In this document: positions 1-8,961 of the stretch, piece by piece
How the letters are laid out: every line of letters starts with the position of its first letter
Numbering within the stretch: position 1 is the stretch's first letter
Assembly (NCBI GenBank): GCA_963665275.2
Contig: CAXXIN010000005.1
Span: 96,001-160,000, forward strand
Length of the DNA: 64,000 nt
Origin: Negativicutes bacterium
GTDB taxonomy: Bacteria > Bacillota > Negativicutes > UBA1444
Direction of reading: 5' to 3'
Program-made: the position numbers and the translations under genes
The notes under the pieces: generated by a model
Database searches by the model: none
Told to the model about the DNA's origin: nothing
Seen by the model: the letters and a program-made list of their open reading frames with translations, nothing else

Positions 1-2
1 CC

Positions 3-65
3 GGCTTTGTCACCGGCATCGTGGTTCCGGTAGATGGCGGTTTTAACGCTTACGCCGGAGTATAG
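3..65 (+). CDS. 3' end of SDR-family oxidoreductase (partial, begins before window)
   Basis: Reads GFVTGIVVPVDGGFNAYAGV*, a typical SDR C-terminal 'TG..i.VDGG' motif. Confidence 0.8.
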   Translation, partial: GFVTGIVVPVDGGFNAYAGV

Positions 66-79
66 GCGAACAGGTCGGC

Positions 80-697
80 CTATTGCCAAAGCGATGCGAG
101 GCTGATGAGGCCGAAGATGCAAATGGTGATGCCTGCTGCAACATTGACAAAAGACAGACTGCGATGGTCGAACCGGCTGCGGAAAATTCCGACAGCACCG
201 CTGAGAAGGATCCACCAGAGCAGCGAGCCGCTGAAGACTCCGCCGACCATTATGGCTGCCAACCGGTAGTTTCCTGGCGTGTCGCCGACTCCGAATCCGG
301 CGAAAATAGCTGTGAAGGAAAGTATGGTCAGCGGGTTGGTCAGGGTCAGAACAAAGGCTGAACCAAAGTCGCCGAAACGGTCTGTTGAGAATGATTCCGC
401 CGGGCTGGAGGCAGGAAGCGACCGAAAGAGATTGCTTCCCATGTAGAGCAGGAAAATGCCGCCGCCCAGGCGGAGGTAAAAGCTGTACTCCAGTAAAAGG
501 GATGAGACTGCGGTAATTCCGAATGCGGCGATCAATCCGTACAATGCGTCGGCCACTGCGGTCCCCAGACCGGAAGTGAAACCGGAAGCGATCCCGCCGG
601 AAAGGGTGCGTTTGATACACAGCACGCCAATGGGACCGACCGGAGCTGCGATGGAAAATCCGAGCAAGAGTCCTTTTAAATAATAGGAAACCTCCAT
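80..697 (-). CDS. LysE family translocator
   Basis: N-terminal GFSIAAPVGP motif, TLTNP motif, about 6 TM segments. Confidence 0.9.
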   Translation of the reverse strand: MEVSYYLKGLLLGFSIAAPVGPIGVLCIKRTLSGGIASGFTSGLGTAVADALYGLIAAFGITAVSSLLLEYSFYLRLGGGIFLLYMGSNLFRSLPASSPAESFSTDRFGDFGSAFVLTLTNPLTILSFTAIFAGFGVGDTPGNYRLAAIMVGGVFSGSLLWWILLSGAVGIFRSRFDHRSLSFVNVAAGITICIFGLISLASLWQ

Positions 698-700
698 GAC

Positions 701-1165
701 TCAACCTTCTCCTACGGAGATGGGGAGAATGGAGGTTTCTTTAATTGTGGACAGGATAACGGTGGTGCGGGTTCTGGACACGCCGACGATGGATTTCAGG
801 TCATGGCTGATGAGGCGTTCCAGATCGCGGGTGGTGCGGCAGCGAACCTTGAGGATGTAATCCTCATCCCCTGCGACATGATGGCATTCCAGAACCTCGG
901 GGAACCCTTGGATGCTTGAAAGAAAATGTGCACGGGCGTCTGACGTAGACAAAGATACTGAAATCAGGGCGGCCATGCCGCATCCGGCGGCTTCCGGGTC
1001 GACGGCGGCAAAATATCCTTTGATCACGCCTTTTTCTTCCAACCGCCTGACTCTGTCAGCGGCGGCTGGGGCTGACAGTTTGAGCAGGGTTCCTAACTCG
1101 GACCAAGTGGCGCGGGCATTTGACATCAAATGGTGAATAAGTTTTGAATCAATTGAATTTAACAT
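701..1165 (-). CDS. Lrp/AsnC family transcriptional regulator
   Basis: HTH 'ELGTLLKLSAPAAADRVRRLEEKGVI' plus RAM domain 'ECHHVAGDEDYILKV'. Confidence 0.92.
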   Translation of the reverse strand: MLNSIDSKLIHHLMSNARATWSELGTLLKLSAPAAADRVRRLEEKGVIKGYFAAVDPEAAGCGMAALISVSLSTSDARAHFLSSIQGFPEVLECHHVAGDEDYILKVRCRTTRDLERLISHDLKSIVGVSRTRTTVILSTIKETSILPISVGEG

Positions 1166-1250
1166 TATTATAACCTCTTTAATAAGTTTTAATCATATTA
1201 TACAGAATATAAATAAGAATTTGCAATATGAGAGAAGAAAAAAACGAGGA

Positions 1251-1280
1251 GGAATATAGTTGACAATTCAACTATATTCC
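1251..1280. promoter_or_regulatory. Inverted repeat, probable MarR operator overlapping the -35 box
   Basis: GGAATATAGTTGA-caat-TCAACTATATTCC with perfect 13-bp arms. It contains TTGACA (1260-1265), and TAAAAT lies at 1284-1289, directly upstream of the MarR gene. Confidence 0.75.
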
Positions 1281-1305
1281 GGTTAAAATTCATATTGTGT
1301 AGAAG

Positions 1306-1782
1306 ATGACGCAAAAAATAAGGAGACGCATGAAGGAACTGGACAGTGAAATATTACGAGATATTGGTGCGGTGTCGCGTTCGATCCAGTCGATCAGCGA
1401 TATTTTGTTTCGCCGGTTGCAGCTGCAAAAAGGGCAATTTATCTTTCTTACCCGCATCTGTGAGCATGCGGGAATTAATCTGATCGAACTGTCGCATCTG
1501 CTCCGGGTTGATAAGACGACAACGACCAAGGCGGTGCAAAAACTGATCCAGGCCAATTATGTAAGGAAAGAGCGCGATGAGTCCGACCAGCGTGCCTGGC
1601 GATTGTTTCCAACTGAACAGGCAATGCAATGTTACGAGAAGGTCATTGCTACAGAAAATCAGTTTATTGCACAATGTTTTTCTGGTTTCAACCCGAAAGA
1701 AAAAGCTGTAGTGAGTGAACTGCTGGCAAGGATGCGGGACAGCATTGAAAGCGAATGGAAACGACAGAAACGAGTCCGGTGA
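1306..1782 (+). CDS. MarR family transcriptional regulator (start may be ATG 1330)
   Basis: Winged HTH 'ELSHLLRVDKTTTTKAVQKL...DQRAWRLFPT'. Confidence 0.9.
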   Translation: MTQKIRRRMKELDSEILRDIGAVSRSIQSISDILFRRLQLQKGQFIFLTRICEHAGINLIELSHLLRVDKTTTTKAVQKLIQANYVRKERDESDQRAWRLFPTEQAMQCYEKVIATENQFIAQCFSGFNPKEKAVVSELLARMRDSIESEWKRQKRVR

Positions 1783-1825
1783 ACACAAAGATCGAATCAG
1801 TGCAGCAGAGAAGGAGGAAGTTGAA

Positions 1826-2317
1826 GTGAGAGGGTTCGCAATTTGTGAATATGAGGCAAAATACAAAGACGGTTTGATTGCCATGATTCTGAGCATACAG
1901 CAGAACGAGTTCGGGATAAAGATTACGCGGAAGGATCAGCCGGACCTGGAGGAAATTTCGCGATATTACCAACAGGGAAACGGAAACTTTTGGGTTGCAG
2001 TGCATGAGGAAAGTGTCGTAGGGACGATTGGCCTGATCGATATCGGCAACCAGCAGGCGGCCCTCCGAAAAATGTTTGTAAAATCAGCTTTCAGAGGCCC
2101 TGAACATGGGGTGGCGCAAGCACTGTTGCAGGAATTGATGGGGTGGTCTGCTGCGCATGGAGTGCAAACGGTTTACCTTGGAACTACTGATAAATTCAAA
2201 GCGGCTCACCGCTTCTATGAAAAAAACGGATTTGTTCGTATAGAGAAAGAAGGATTGCCAACTGAATTTTCGGTGATGAAGGTCGACACGGTTTTTTATC
2301 GGGCAACGACTAATTGA
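1826..2317 (+). CDS. GNAT family N-acetyltransferase
   Basis: GTG start after AGGAGG. 'LRKMFVKSAFRG..GVAQALL' acetyl-CoA motif and 'AHRFYEKNGF'. Confidence 0.88.
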   Translation: MRGFAICEYEAKYKDGLIAMILSIQQNEFGIKITRKDQPDLEEISRYYQQGNGNFWVAVHEESVVGTIGLIDIGNQQAALRKMFVKSAFRGPEHGVAQALLQELMGWSAAHGVQTVYLGTTDKFKAAHRFYEKNGFVRIEKEGLPTEFSVMKVDTVFYRATTN

Positions 2318-2396
2318 CTGGATATAGCAAAAGTCAGCATTCCTAAATTGGAACGCTGACTTTTGTTTTACAGGACATTCAGAGATAGAAAATAGG

Positions 2397-3539
2397 CTAT
2401 GGTTTTCTTTTGTTATATCCCGCTTCTCCATAGGGTTGCAACTTCTCCAGCCATGTTTCCAACAATTCTGCAACTGCGGCAGGCCACTGTTCCGGCAAAT
2501 AATCTTCCGGCTTTAGCCGTGCGAGAACATCGAATGAGAAAACATCGGCCCCGTAACGGTTCCAGTCGGCCTGCAGTTCTGGGTTCCGATGCATGTTCCG
2601 TTTCAGTTCTAGCTGATGACGGTTGATGATGCCCGGAATGTCCAATGCTTTCAGCAGAAACAGCTTGCCGTTGGCGTTGTTCTTGATTTGAAACACTCCC
2701 ATTGGACGGGGTGTTTCTTTATATTCGCGAATAAGTTCTTTTTTTCGATCTAACATTTCATCTTCTCCTTGTGCAGATTCTTGGTCAACACCAGTTGCAG
2801 TTGATGATACGACTCTATATTCGCTGCCATCGTACCTGCGAGATAATAATCCATAATCGATCAACAGGCGGCGCAACAAGACATGATCCTCATAAATTGC
2901 GCTGAGAATCGAATTGACTTCTTTTTCACTGTAAACCCGGACTGACGAAAACCGGGTGGCGATTTGCTTTAGCACGATGAGCCTGCGTTTTTCCCGGGCA
3001 GGGAATGTAGATAGGGGACCGTCGGTTCCCTGGGGGAAGTAAGTCGCCAGGATTTTTTGGGCTTCCTTATTTGGGTCGCTTTCGGTGAGTTGCTTTTCCA
3101 GAGTTGTTTTCGGCTTATCCGGCGTTTCCATGAGTTCGCCGATCGCCAGGAAAATCTTTGCTTGCTTCACCCTTTCCCGCAGCAGGAATCGGTGATTGCG
3201 GATAGTGGAAACGCTGCCTGAATTAAGTTGGCGGGCAATTTCCTGATCGCCGATTCCTGAAGCGAATAAGGTGACCAAACGGGTTTGGAGCTCGGTAAGG
3301 CCGGTCCAGCGCTTGTCGAGCTGCAACAAAAAATGCAGTGGCGAACCGTGTTTCTGACGGATGTGGTTGCGCATGGCTGAATTCGCATCGAAGAACCCTT
3401 CTTCTATCGGATAGATGCGGCCGGACTCGGTCTGAAATCCGCAGCAGAGGCAGGTGAATCGGCCGGATTCTTGCATTTGCGAGTAGCCTTGTTTGAGTTC
3501 TGGCAAAGAAGCTCGCCAAAACATGTCGTTCGGTTGCAT
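2397..3539 (-). CDS. DUF2087-domain protein with in-frame C-terminal GIY-YIG-like domain
   Basis: Start reassigned to ATG 3539 (RBS AAGGAGG). N-terminal CxxC, HTH 'STIRNHRFLLRE', DUF2087 'YSEKEVN...LRRLLIDYG', then 'MGVFQIKN...LQADWNRYG'. Confidence 0.78.
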   Translation of the reverse strand: MQPNDMFWRASLPELKQGYSQMQESGRFTCLCCGFQTESGRIYPIEEGFFDANSAMRNHIRQKHGSPLHFLLQLDKRWTGLTELQTRLVTLFASGIGDQEIARQLNSGSVSTIRNHRFLLRERVKQAKIFLAIGELMETPDKPKTTLEKQLTESDPNKEAQKILATYFPQGTDGPLSTFPAREKRRLIVLKQIATRFSSVRVYSEKEVNSILSAIYEDHVLLRRLLIDYGLLSRRYDGSEYRVVSSTATGVDQESAQGEDEMLDRKKELIREYKETPRPMGVFQIKNNANGKLFLLKALDIPGIINRHQLELKRNMHRNPELQADWNRYGADVFSFDVLARLKPEDYLPEQWPAAVAELLETWLEKLQPYGEAGYNKRKP

Positions 3540-3693
3540 GAATAAACCTCCTTGAGATGTGTTGCTGAATATAGATATAATAAAACATAATCTAGTTATA
3601 TGCAAGATTGTTTCAAATAAATCTAAAATTATTTCTTTTGCTTTACAAATCCCGGTATGGGGAATACAATACAGTTGAAGTGAATAATGCAGT

Positions 3694-3772
3694 GAGCTAG
3701 GGGGGCCGCAAGGCTGAGAGGACGAGTCCGACCCTTGGAACCTGACGTGGTTCGTACCACCGTAGGGAAGCG
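3694..3772 (+). ncRNA. TPP riboswitch aptamer
   Basis: GGGG...GCTGAGAG...ACCC..GAACCTGA...CGTAGGGA core upstream of thiC, followed by a T-run (3810-3815). Confidence 0.88.
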
Positions 3773-3849
3773 ATGAAGATCGGGAGCAAGCTTTTCTGCG
3801 CATGCTTCTTTTTTTATGCTTTGAATAAATAGAAAGTTGGGGATGAATT

Positions 3850-5151
3850 ATGAAGTATTCGACTCAAATGGATGCTGCCAAGCAAGGTATCGTAACACCG
3901 CAGATGCAAATCGTTGCTACAAAAGAAAAAATGGATCCACAGCGTTTGAGAGAACTCGTTGCCGGGGGTCAGGTCGTCATTCCAGCCAACAAAAATCATG
4001 CCAGGCTTGATCCAGAAGGGGTCGGGACTGGGCTGCGCACCAAAATCAATGTCAATCTCGGTGTATCCAAGGATTGTTGCGACCTTGACCTGGAACTGGC
4101 CAAAGCGCACAAGGCGATTGAGCTGAAAGCGGAAGCGATCATGGACTTGAGTTGCTTCGGCAAAACGCAGACTTTCCGGAAACGGTTGATTGACTCTTCG
4201 ACGGCAATGATTGGGACGGTTCCCATGTATGATGCAGTCGGCCTTTTGGATAAGGCGCTAAAAAGCATTACGGTTGACGAGTTTTTCAAAGTGGTGGAAA
4301 CGCACGCGGAAGATGGCGTAGACTTCATGACGATTCACTGCGGGATGAACAAGGCGACTGCAGAAAGAGTCAAACGTAACAAGCGACTGACCAATATCGT
4401 ATCCCGCGGGGGTTCGCTGTTGTTTGCCTGGATGGAAATGAATCATCAGGAAAATCCCTTTTATGAATACTTTGACCGCCTGCTCGACATCTGCGTGAAA
4501 TATGATGTGACGTTGAGCCTGGGAGACGCCTGTCGCCCCGGTTCCATCAATGACGCAACCGACGCGTCTCAAGTTGAAGAACTGATTACGCTGGGCGAGT
4601 TGACCAAACGAGCGTGGGAACGCAATGTTCAGGTTATGATCGAGGGACCTGGTCACATGGCGATCAATGAAATTGCCGGCAACATGATGATGCAGAAGCG
4701 GTTATGCCATGGCGCGCCGTTTTATGTTCTGGGGCCGCTCGTTACTGATGTGGCGCCGGGATATGATCATATCACCAGCGCGATCGGCGGCGCGATCGCT
4801 GCCGCCAACGGCGCTGATTTTCTCTGCTACGTGACGCCGGCCGAACATTTGCGGCTGCCGGACATGGATGACATGAAGGAAGGCATCATTGCCGCCCGGA
4901 TTGCCGCTCATGCAGCAGATATTGCCAAAGGATTGCCGGGAGCGCGGGATTGGGATAATGCCATGAGCGCTGCCAGGGCCGAAGTTGATTTTCCCCGGAT
5001 GATCGAATTGGCGATGGATCCGGAAAAAGCTCGGAAATATCGCTCTTCTTCCAAGCCGGAGCATGAAGACACCTGCACCATGTGCGGCAAGATGTGTCCG
5101 ATGAAGAATATGAAAAAAATCTTAAATGGGGAAGATGTGCAACTCGATTAA
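3850..5151 (+). CDS. thiC: Phosphomethylpyrimidine synthase
   Basis: KINVNLG, SRGGS, EGPGH, YVTPAEH and C-terminal CTMCGKMC motifs, with a TPP riboswitch upstream. Confidence 0.93.
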   Translation: MKYSTQMDAAKQGIVTPQMQIVATKEKMDPQRLRELVAGGQVVIPANKNHARLDPEGVGTGLRTKINVNLGVSKDCCDLDLELAKAHKAIELKAEAIMDLSCFGKTQTFRKRLIDSSTAMIGTVPMYDAVGLLDKALKSITVDEFFKVVETHAEDGVDFMTIHCGMNKATAERVKRNKRLTNIVSRGGSLLFAWMEMNHQENPFYEYFDRLLDICVKYDVTLSLGDACRPGSINDATDASQVEELITLGELTKRAWERNVQVMIEGPGHMAINEIAGNMMMQKRLCHGAPFYVLGPLVTDVAPGYDHITSAIGGAIAAANGADFLCYVTPAEHLRLPDMDDMKEGIIAARIAAHAADIAKGLPGARDWDNAMSAARAEVDFPRMIELAMDPEKARKYRSSSKPEHEDTCTMCGKMCPMKNMKKILNGEDVQLD

Positions 5152-5192
5152 TATTTATCGCGGAACAAATATATAAAACGATATGAAAAATG

Positions 5193-5229
5193 TAGTGCAC
5201 AGATTCCTCGTTTGGAATTTATGCACTAT
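5193..5229 (+). terminator. Probable terminator hairpin after thiC
   Basis: TAGTGCACAGATTCC-loop-GGAATTTATGCACTA imperfect stem. Confidence 0.5.
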
Positions 5230-5273
5230 AATTTTATGGAACGGTATTATCTGTTAATAAAGGCGGCTAGAAC

Positions 5274-6506
5274 ATGGGACTTACAGCAGAAATGGTCTGG
5301 TCCGGCACTATCATGGCAGGTGTTCTTGCCATATTTACGCTGGGAAAAAGCCCGGTATTCCGTGTAGACAGAGCAGGCGCCGCTATCATTGGATCGGTGC
5401 TGATGATCGCATCCGGGGTGCTGAGTTTTGAAGAGGCCAGCGAGGCTGTTGACCACAGAACCATTGTCATCTTGTTTTCATTGATGGTGGTGGTGGCCAA
5501 TCTGAAGCTGGCCGGTTTCTTCGAACTGCTGGGTGATGTCGTGGCGCGCAACGTAAAAAACCAGCATCAGATGCTGGCGGCGACGATTGCGGTCAGTGGG
5601 GTGACCTCGGCAGTGGCGATTAACGACATTGTTTGTCTGTTGTTCACGCCGGTGGTTCTATTATTGTGTCGCAAGTTTCAGTGCAATCCGTTACCGCATT
5701 TGCTGGGAGTCGCCTTGGCTTCAAATATGGGAAGCGCAGCCACGCTTCTCGGCAATCCGCAAAACATCCTGGTTGGCGGGCTGTCAGGCCTTTCCTTCAC
5801 TGCTTATTTTTTGGCGGCAGGACCAGTGGCAATCGTAGGATTGGTTTGCACCTATGGATTATTGGCCCGCCTTTATCGGGAAGAACTGTCGGAGGGTTTG
5901 ATTCGCGGCGATGTTGATACAGTCGTAACTGTTCACACGTATTTGATGCGTAAAAGTCTCATTACGCTGATGTTCGTAATCGCATCCTATATAGCCGGTA
6001 TGGATCTGGTGCTGACTGCAGCTGGCGGCGCTGCTTTTCTGCTCGTCACACGGCGGGTCAAACCCAACAAGGTATACACCAGCATTGATTTTAACCTGTT
6101 AGTGGTATTCATCGGTTTGTTTGTTGTCGTAGCTGGCGTCGACAAAAGCGGGTTGATGGGCTATATTCTGCAGCGGCTGTCGTTTTCTGGCTTCACCAAC
6201 ATGGGCGTGTTTGCTGGAGTGACGGTTGTTGTGTCCAATCTCGTAAGCAATGTGCCGGCGGTTTTGCTGCTGAAATTCTTTATCCCACAGCAGCAGCCGG
6301 AATTTTGGTGGAAGGGCTTGGCGTTGTTCTCTACTCTTGCAGGAAACCTGACAATCACCGGCTCCATCGCCAATCTGATTGTGGCGGAAATCGCCCTTCA
6401 GCAAAAAGTGCGCATGACGGCCAGGCAATATTTTCGTGTTGGATTTCCCTTGACGGTGGGAATGACTATCGTGGGAGTGGTCTGGTTACAGATTGTGGCT
6501 CGTTGA
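5274..6506 (+). CDS. ArsB/NhaD (SLC13/CitMHS-like) anion permease
   Basis: 'DRAGAA', 'SNMGSAATLLGNPQN', 'SNVPAV' and 'GNLTITGSIANLIV' motifs, with many TM segments. Confidence 0.85.
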   Translation: MGLTAEMVWSGTIMAGVLAIFTLGKSPVFRVDRAGAAIIGSVLMIASGVLSFEEASEAVDHRTIVILFSLMVVVANLKLAGFFELLGDVVARNVKNQHQMLAATIAVSGVTSAVAINDIVCLLFTPVVLLLCRKFQCNPLPHLLGVALASNMGSAATLLGNPQNILVGGLSGLSFTAYFLAAGPVAIVGLVCTYGLLARLYREELSEGLIRGDVDTVVTVHTYLMRKSLITLMFVIASYIAGMDLVLTAAGGAAFLLVTRRVKPNKVYTSIDFNLLVVFIGLFVVVAGVDKSGLMGYILQRLSFSGFTNMGVFAGVTVVVSNLVSNVPAVLLLKFFIPQQQPEFWWKGLALFSTLAGNLTITGSIANLIVAEIALQQKVRMTARQYFRVGFPLTVGMTIVGVVWLQIVAR

Positions 6507-6533
6507 ATTCATTAGCAGGGGGCGGTGTTCGAC

Positions 6534-7283
6534 ATGAATATCTTAGCGATCAATGGCAGTCACCGGGGGCGCCGGGGGTGCACACAACTATTGCTCGACA
6601 AATTGAGCGAAGGCGCGACTTCGGCGGGTGCTGAATTTGAAACGATAGTATTGGCCGAGAAGAAAATAAACAGCTGCATCGCCTGCGGATCTTGCGGCAA
6701 ACCGGAAACCATGGGTCATTGCATCTATGAATCGGAAGACGACGTAAAAGAAATTTTCGACCGGATGCGGGCAGCTGATATCATCGTCTACGGTTCACCG
6801 GTGTATGTGTTCGGGTTGACGGGACGGATGAAAACTTTTATGGATCGATATAATTGTACGGGAACGCAAGAAGGCTTGTGCCTGTCTGAGAGCGGGCTGA
6901 TATTCCACCACGTTGACCAAGGTGTGATCGGGAAGCCGCTGGTGATTCTGACGCTATGCGCCAATTTGGAACCGGAAACTGTGAAAAACACATTGTCATA
7001 TTTTACGACATTCGCCAAGTTCGCAGATGCTCCTGTGGTGGGGACTTTGGCTCGCAAAATGTCGATGCTGCTGGAACAAAAAGACTCCCCGCTTGTGCAG
7101 GAAGTCTTTCAGGCGTATGTGCAGGCAGGCAAAGAACTGTGTCTGCAGGGAAGGATCAGTTCTGCTACTGAACGCAGAGCCAATCAACCCTTATTGAAAA
7201 TACCGTTTCTGGATTTTCTCATGCACTTTAAACTATTTAAGCAGCGTGCGATTGAACAGGCCAACCGGGATAATCGCCGATAG
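6534..7283 (+). CDS. Flavodoxin / iron-sulfur flavoprotein family (NADPH-dependent FMN reductase-like)
   Basis: 'AINGSHR..G.T', CIACGSC...C cluster motif, 'GSPVY'. Confidence 0.85.
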   Translation: MNILAINGSHRGRRGCTQLLLDKLSEGATSAGAEFETIVLAEKKINSCIACGSCGKPETMGHCIYESEDDVKEIFDRMRAADIIVYGSPVYVFGLTGRMKTFMDRYNCTGTQEGLCLSESGLIFHHVDQGVIGKPLVILTLCANLEPETVKNTLSYFTTFAKFADAPVVGTLARKMSMLLEQKDSPLVQEVFQAYVQAGKELCLQGRISSATERRANQPLLKIPFLDFLMHFKLFKQRAIEQANRDNRR

Positions 7284-7316
7284 AGAGAAGTGACCGTAGC
7301 ACACTAATAAAAAAGA

Positions 7317-7700
7317 TCAAATAATTCTGGCGGTGACCATTCCTGCCCAGGTCGCAACCAAACCGGTGGCAAGATTGGCGGCCAGGTTGATGAACGCCGG
7401 GGTCCAAGCCCCCTCCTGCACCAGCATCAACGTTTCATAACTGAAGGAAGAGAAGGTTGTGAGCCCGCCGAGAAAACCGCTCGCTACGAGCAAGCGCCAA
7501 TAGTTGGGCAATAGCAGTTTTTCGGTTGCAAGGATCATAAATAAACCGATGATATAGCAGCCGACAATGTTGACAATCAAGGTTCCAAAAGGGAAGTCGG
7601 TTCCCAGGCGTCCCGCCGCCCAGACTGAAACAAGGTAACGGGTCACAGAGCCGACACTGCCGCCGAGGGCAACGAAAAATATGCTTTCCAACCATTCCAC
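7317..7700 (-). CDS. crcB: Fluoride channel FluC/CrcB
   Basis: 'GG..G...RY', 'FPFGTLIVN' and 'GFLGGLTTFSSF' signatures. Confidence 0.95.
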   Translation of the reverse strand: MEWLESIFFVALGGSVGSVTRYLVSVWAAGRLGTDFPFGTLIVNIVGCYIIGLFMILATEKLLLPNYWRLLVASGFLGGLTTFSSFSYETLMLVQEGAWTPAFINLAANLATGLVATWAGMVTARII

Positions 7701-7719
7701 CCCTGATCAGCCACCCGGC

Positions 7720-8067
7720 CTAGTGTTTGGGCGGCTTATTGCCGTATTTGATGACTTCGACATCGTCGAGGGTCACGAGGCCTTCTTTAACCATCAGATC
7801 GAGAAACGGCAGGAGTTTTTGAATGTATTCATCGCTGTCAATGATTTCAATCATGATGGGTAGATCGGCGGACAAATCGATGAGGCTGGCTGTGTGGATT
7901 CGACTGCTGGCGCCGTACCCCGTGCAGCCGTGAAAAACAGAAGCACCGGCTAGATCGAGCTCTCTTGCTTTGAGAACCAGTGCCTGATAGAGAGACTTTC
8001 CTTCCCAGGAATCAGCTTCGCCAATATAAATTCTGAGGCGTTTGGCGCGGGCCTGGATTTTTGGCAT
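7720..8067 (-). CDS. DUF190 (PII-like) protein
   Basis: 'LRIYIGE', 'GASVFHG..GYG', 'LSADLPI.IEIID'. Commonly found next to crcB. Confidence 0.9.
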   Translation of the reverse strand: MPKIQARAKRLRIYIGEADSWEGKSLYQALVLKARELDLAGASVFHGCTGYGASSRIHTASLIDLSADLPIMIEIIDSDEYIQKLLPFLDLMVKEGLVTLDDVEVIKYGNKPPKH

Positions 8068-8203
8068 TTGCTGTCACCTCCATTATAAATATCGAGTTGT
8101 AGAATGCGTAAATAAAGAATTATTATTAATAATAACTTCGCCATAGGATGGAAATTTCCTCTGTAAAAATTAAAGTCGAGTTCAGTAAGTAATACGGATA
8201 AAT

Positions 8204-8235
8204 AAAGCCGCTGCGATTTTTTGCGCAGCGGCTTT
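8204..8235. terminator. Intrinsic terminator
   Basis: AAAGCCGCTGCG-loop-CGCAGCGGCTTT, downstream of the minus-strand isochorismatase-like gene. Confidence 0.7.
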
Positions 8236-8252
8236 GCTTTAAGGTGAAAAAA

Positions 8253-8915
8253 CTATTTTATGCTGATTTTGTCGAAAGTAGTCAGGGTCGTCCGGGCGCG
8301 GGTGCCGGGGGCGTTGAGCATGTGCCAGGCTGTATATTGTTCGGCGTAGGATTCGACGGACGACATGCCGTCAACTGGAATGATGACCTGGAAGCCGCGT
8401 ATGGACGCGCCGGTGGCGGTGTGCAGAACGGCTCCGTGTGCGACGGTGCCGGAAATAATAACTGTTTTGATCCCTTTATCCTTTAAAATTTTTTCCAGGT
8501 CGGTGTTGTAAAACTTATCGACGCTGGAGCGGACAGAGGGTTCGCCGGGCAACGGCGATACAGCGGCGACAATATCTTCGGGGGTTCCCGTCGGAGTCAG
8601 ACTGTATATGATTGGCATGGAATGGATCCGGGCGTTGAGCAGAAACTCGGCGATTTTAGGCACTGAAGCAGCGCAACGGGGGCGTTGTTCCGTATTGCAC
8701 ATTGGTTGTTGTATGTCGAGGATCAGGAAGGCCGTAGTTTGGGGATCGACTACCACTGATTTCAGCACCGGCGCCGGGGGAACGGCGGTCGTTTTCCAGT
8801 CGTCGATGATGGTACTGGCTGCGGCGGAAACTGGCTGGGCAAGGAAGATAATGAGGAACAGGAACAAGAACAGTGACAGCGCGAAAAAACTGTTTTTTGG
8901 GGTTCCTTTTTTCAT
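8253..8915 (-). CDS. Secreted isochorismatase/cysteine hydrolase-like protein
   Basis: Signal peptide ending 'VSA-A', then 'ILDIQ', 'KFYNTDLEKILK..GI.TVII.G' fold motifs. The catalytic Cys appears absent. Confidence 0.8.
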   Translation of the reverse strand: MKKGTPKNSFFALSLFLFLFLIIFLAQPVSAAASTIIDDWKTTAVPPAPVLKSVVVDPQTTAFLILDIQQPMCNTEQRPRCAASVPKIAEFLLNARIHSMPIIYSLTPTGTPEDIVAAVSPLPGEPSVRSSVDKFYNTDLEKILKDKGIKTVIISGTVAHGAVLHTATGASIRGFQVIIPVDGMSSVESYAEQYTAWHMLNAPGTRARTTLTTFDKISIK

Positions 8916-8961
8916 GTAAATTCCTCCTTCTTCTATATGCGGTCAGTGCCAAAAACGGTGG

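Noticed and set aside
3540-3803. N-terminal 88-aa extension of the 2397-3803 ORF
   Set aside because: It overlaps the TPP riboswitch and promoter region. The RBS supports ATG 3539.
3850-5151. Alternative call as BzaA/B/F (ThiC paralogues for cobamide lower-ligand synthesis)
   Set aside because: The upstream element is a TPP riboswitch rather than a cobalamin one, and no bza or cob genes are adjacent.
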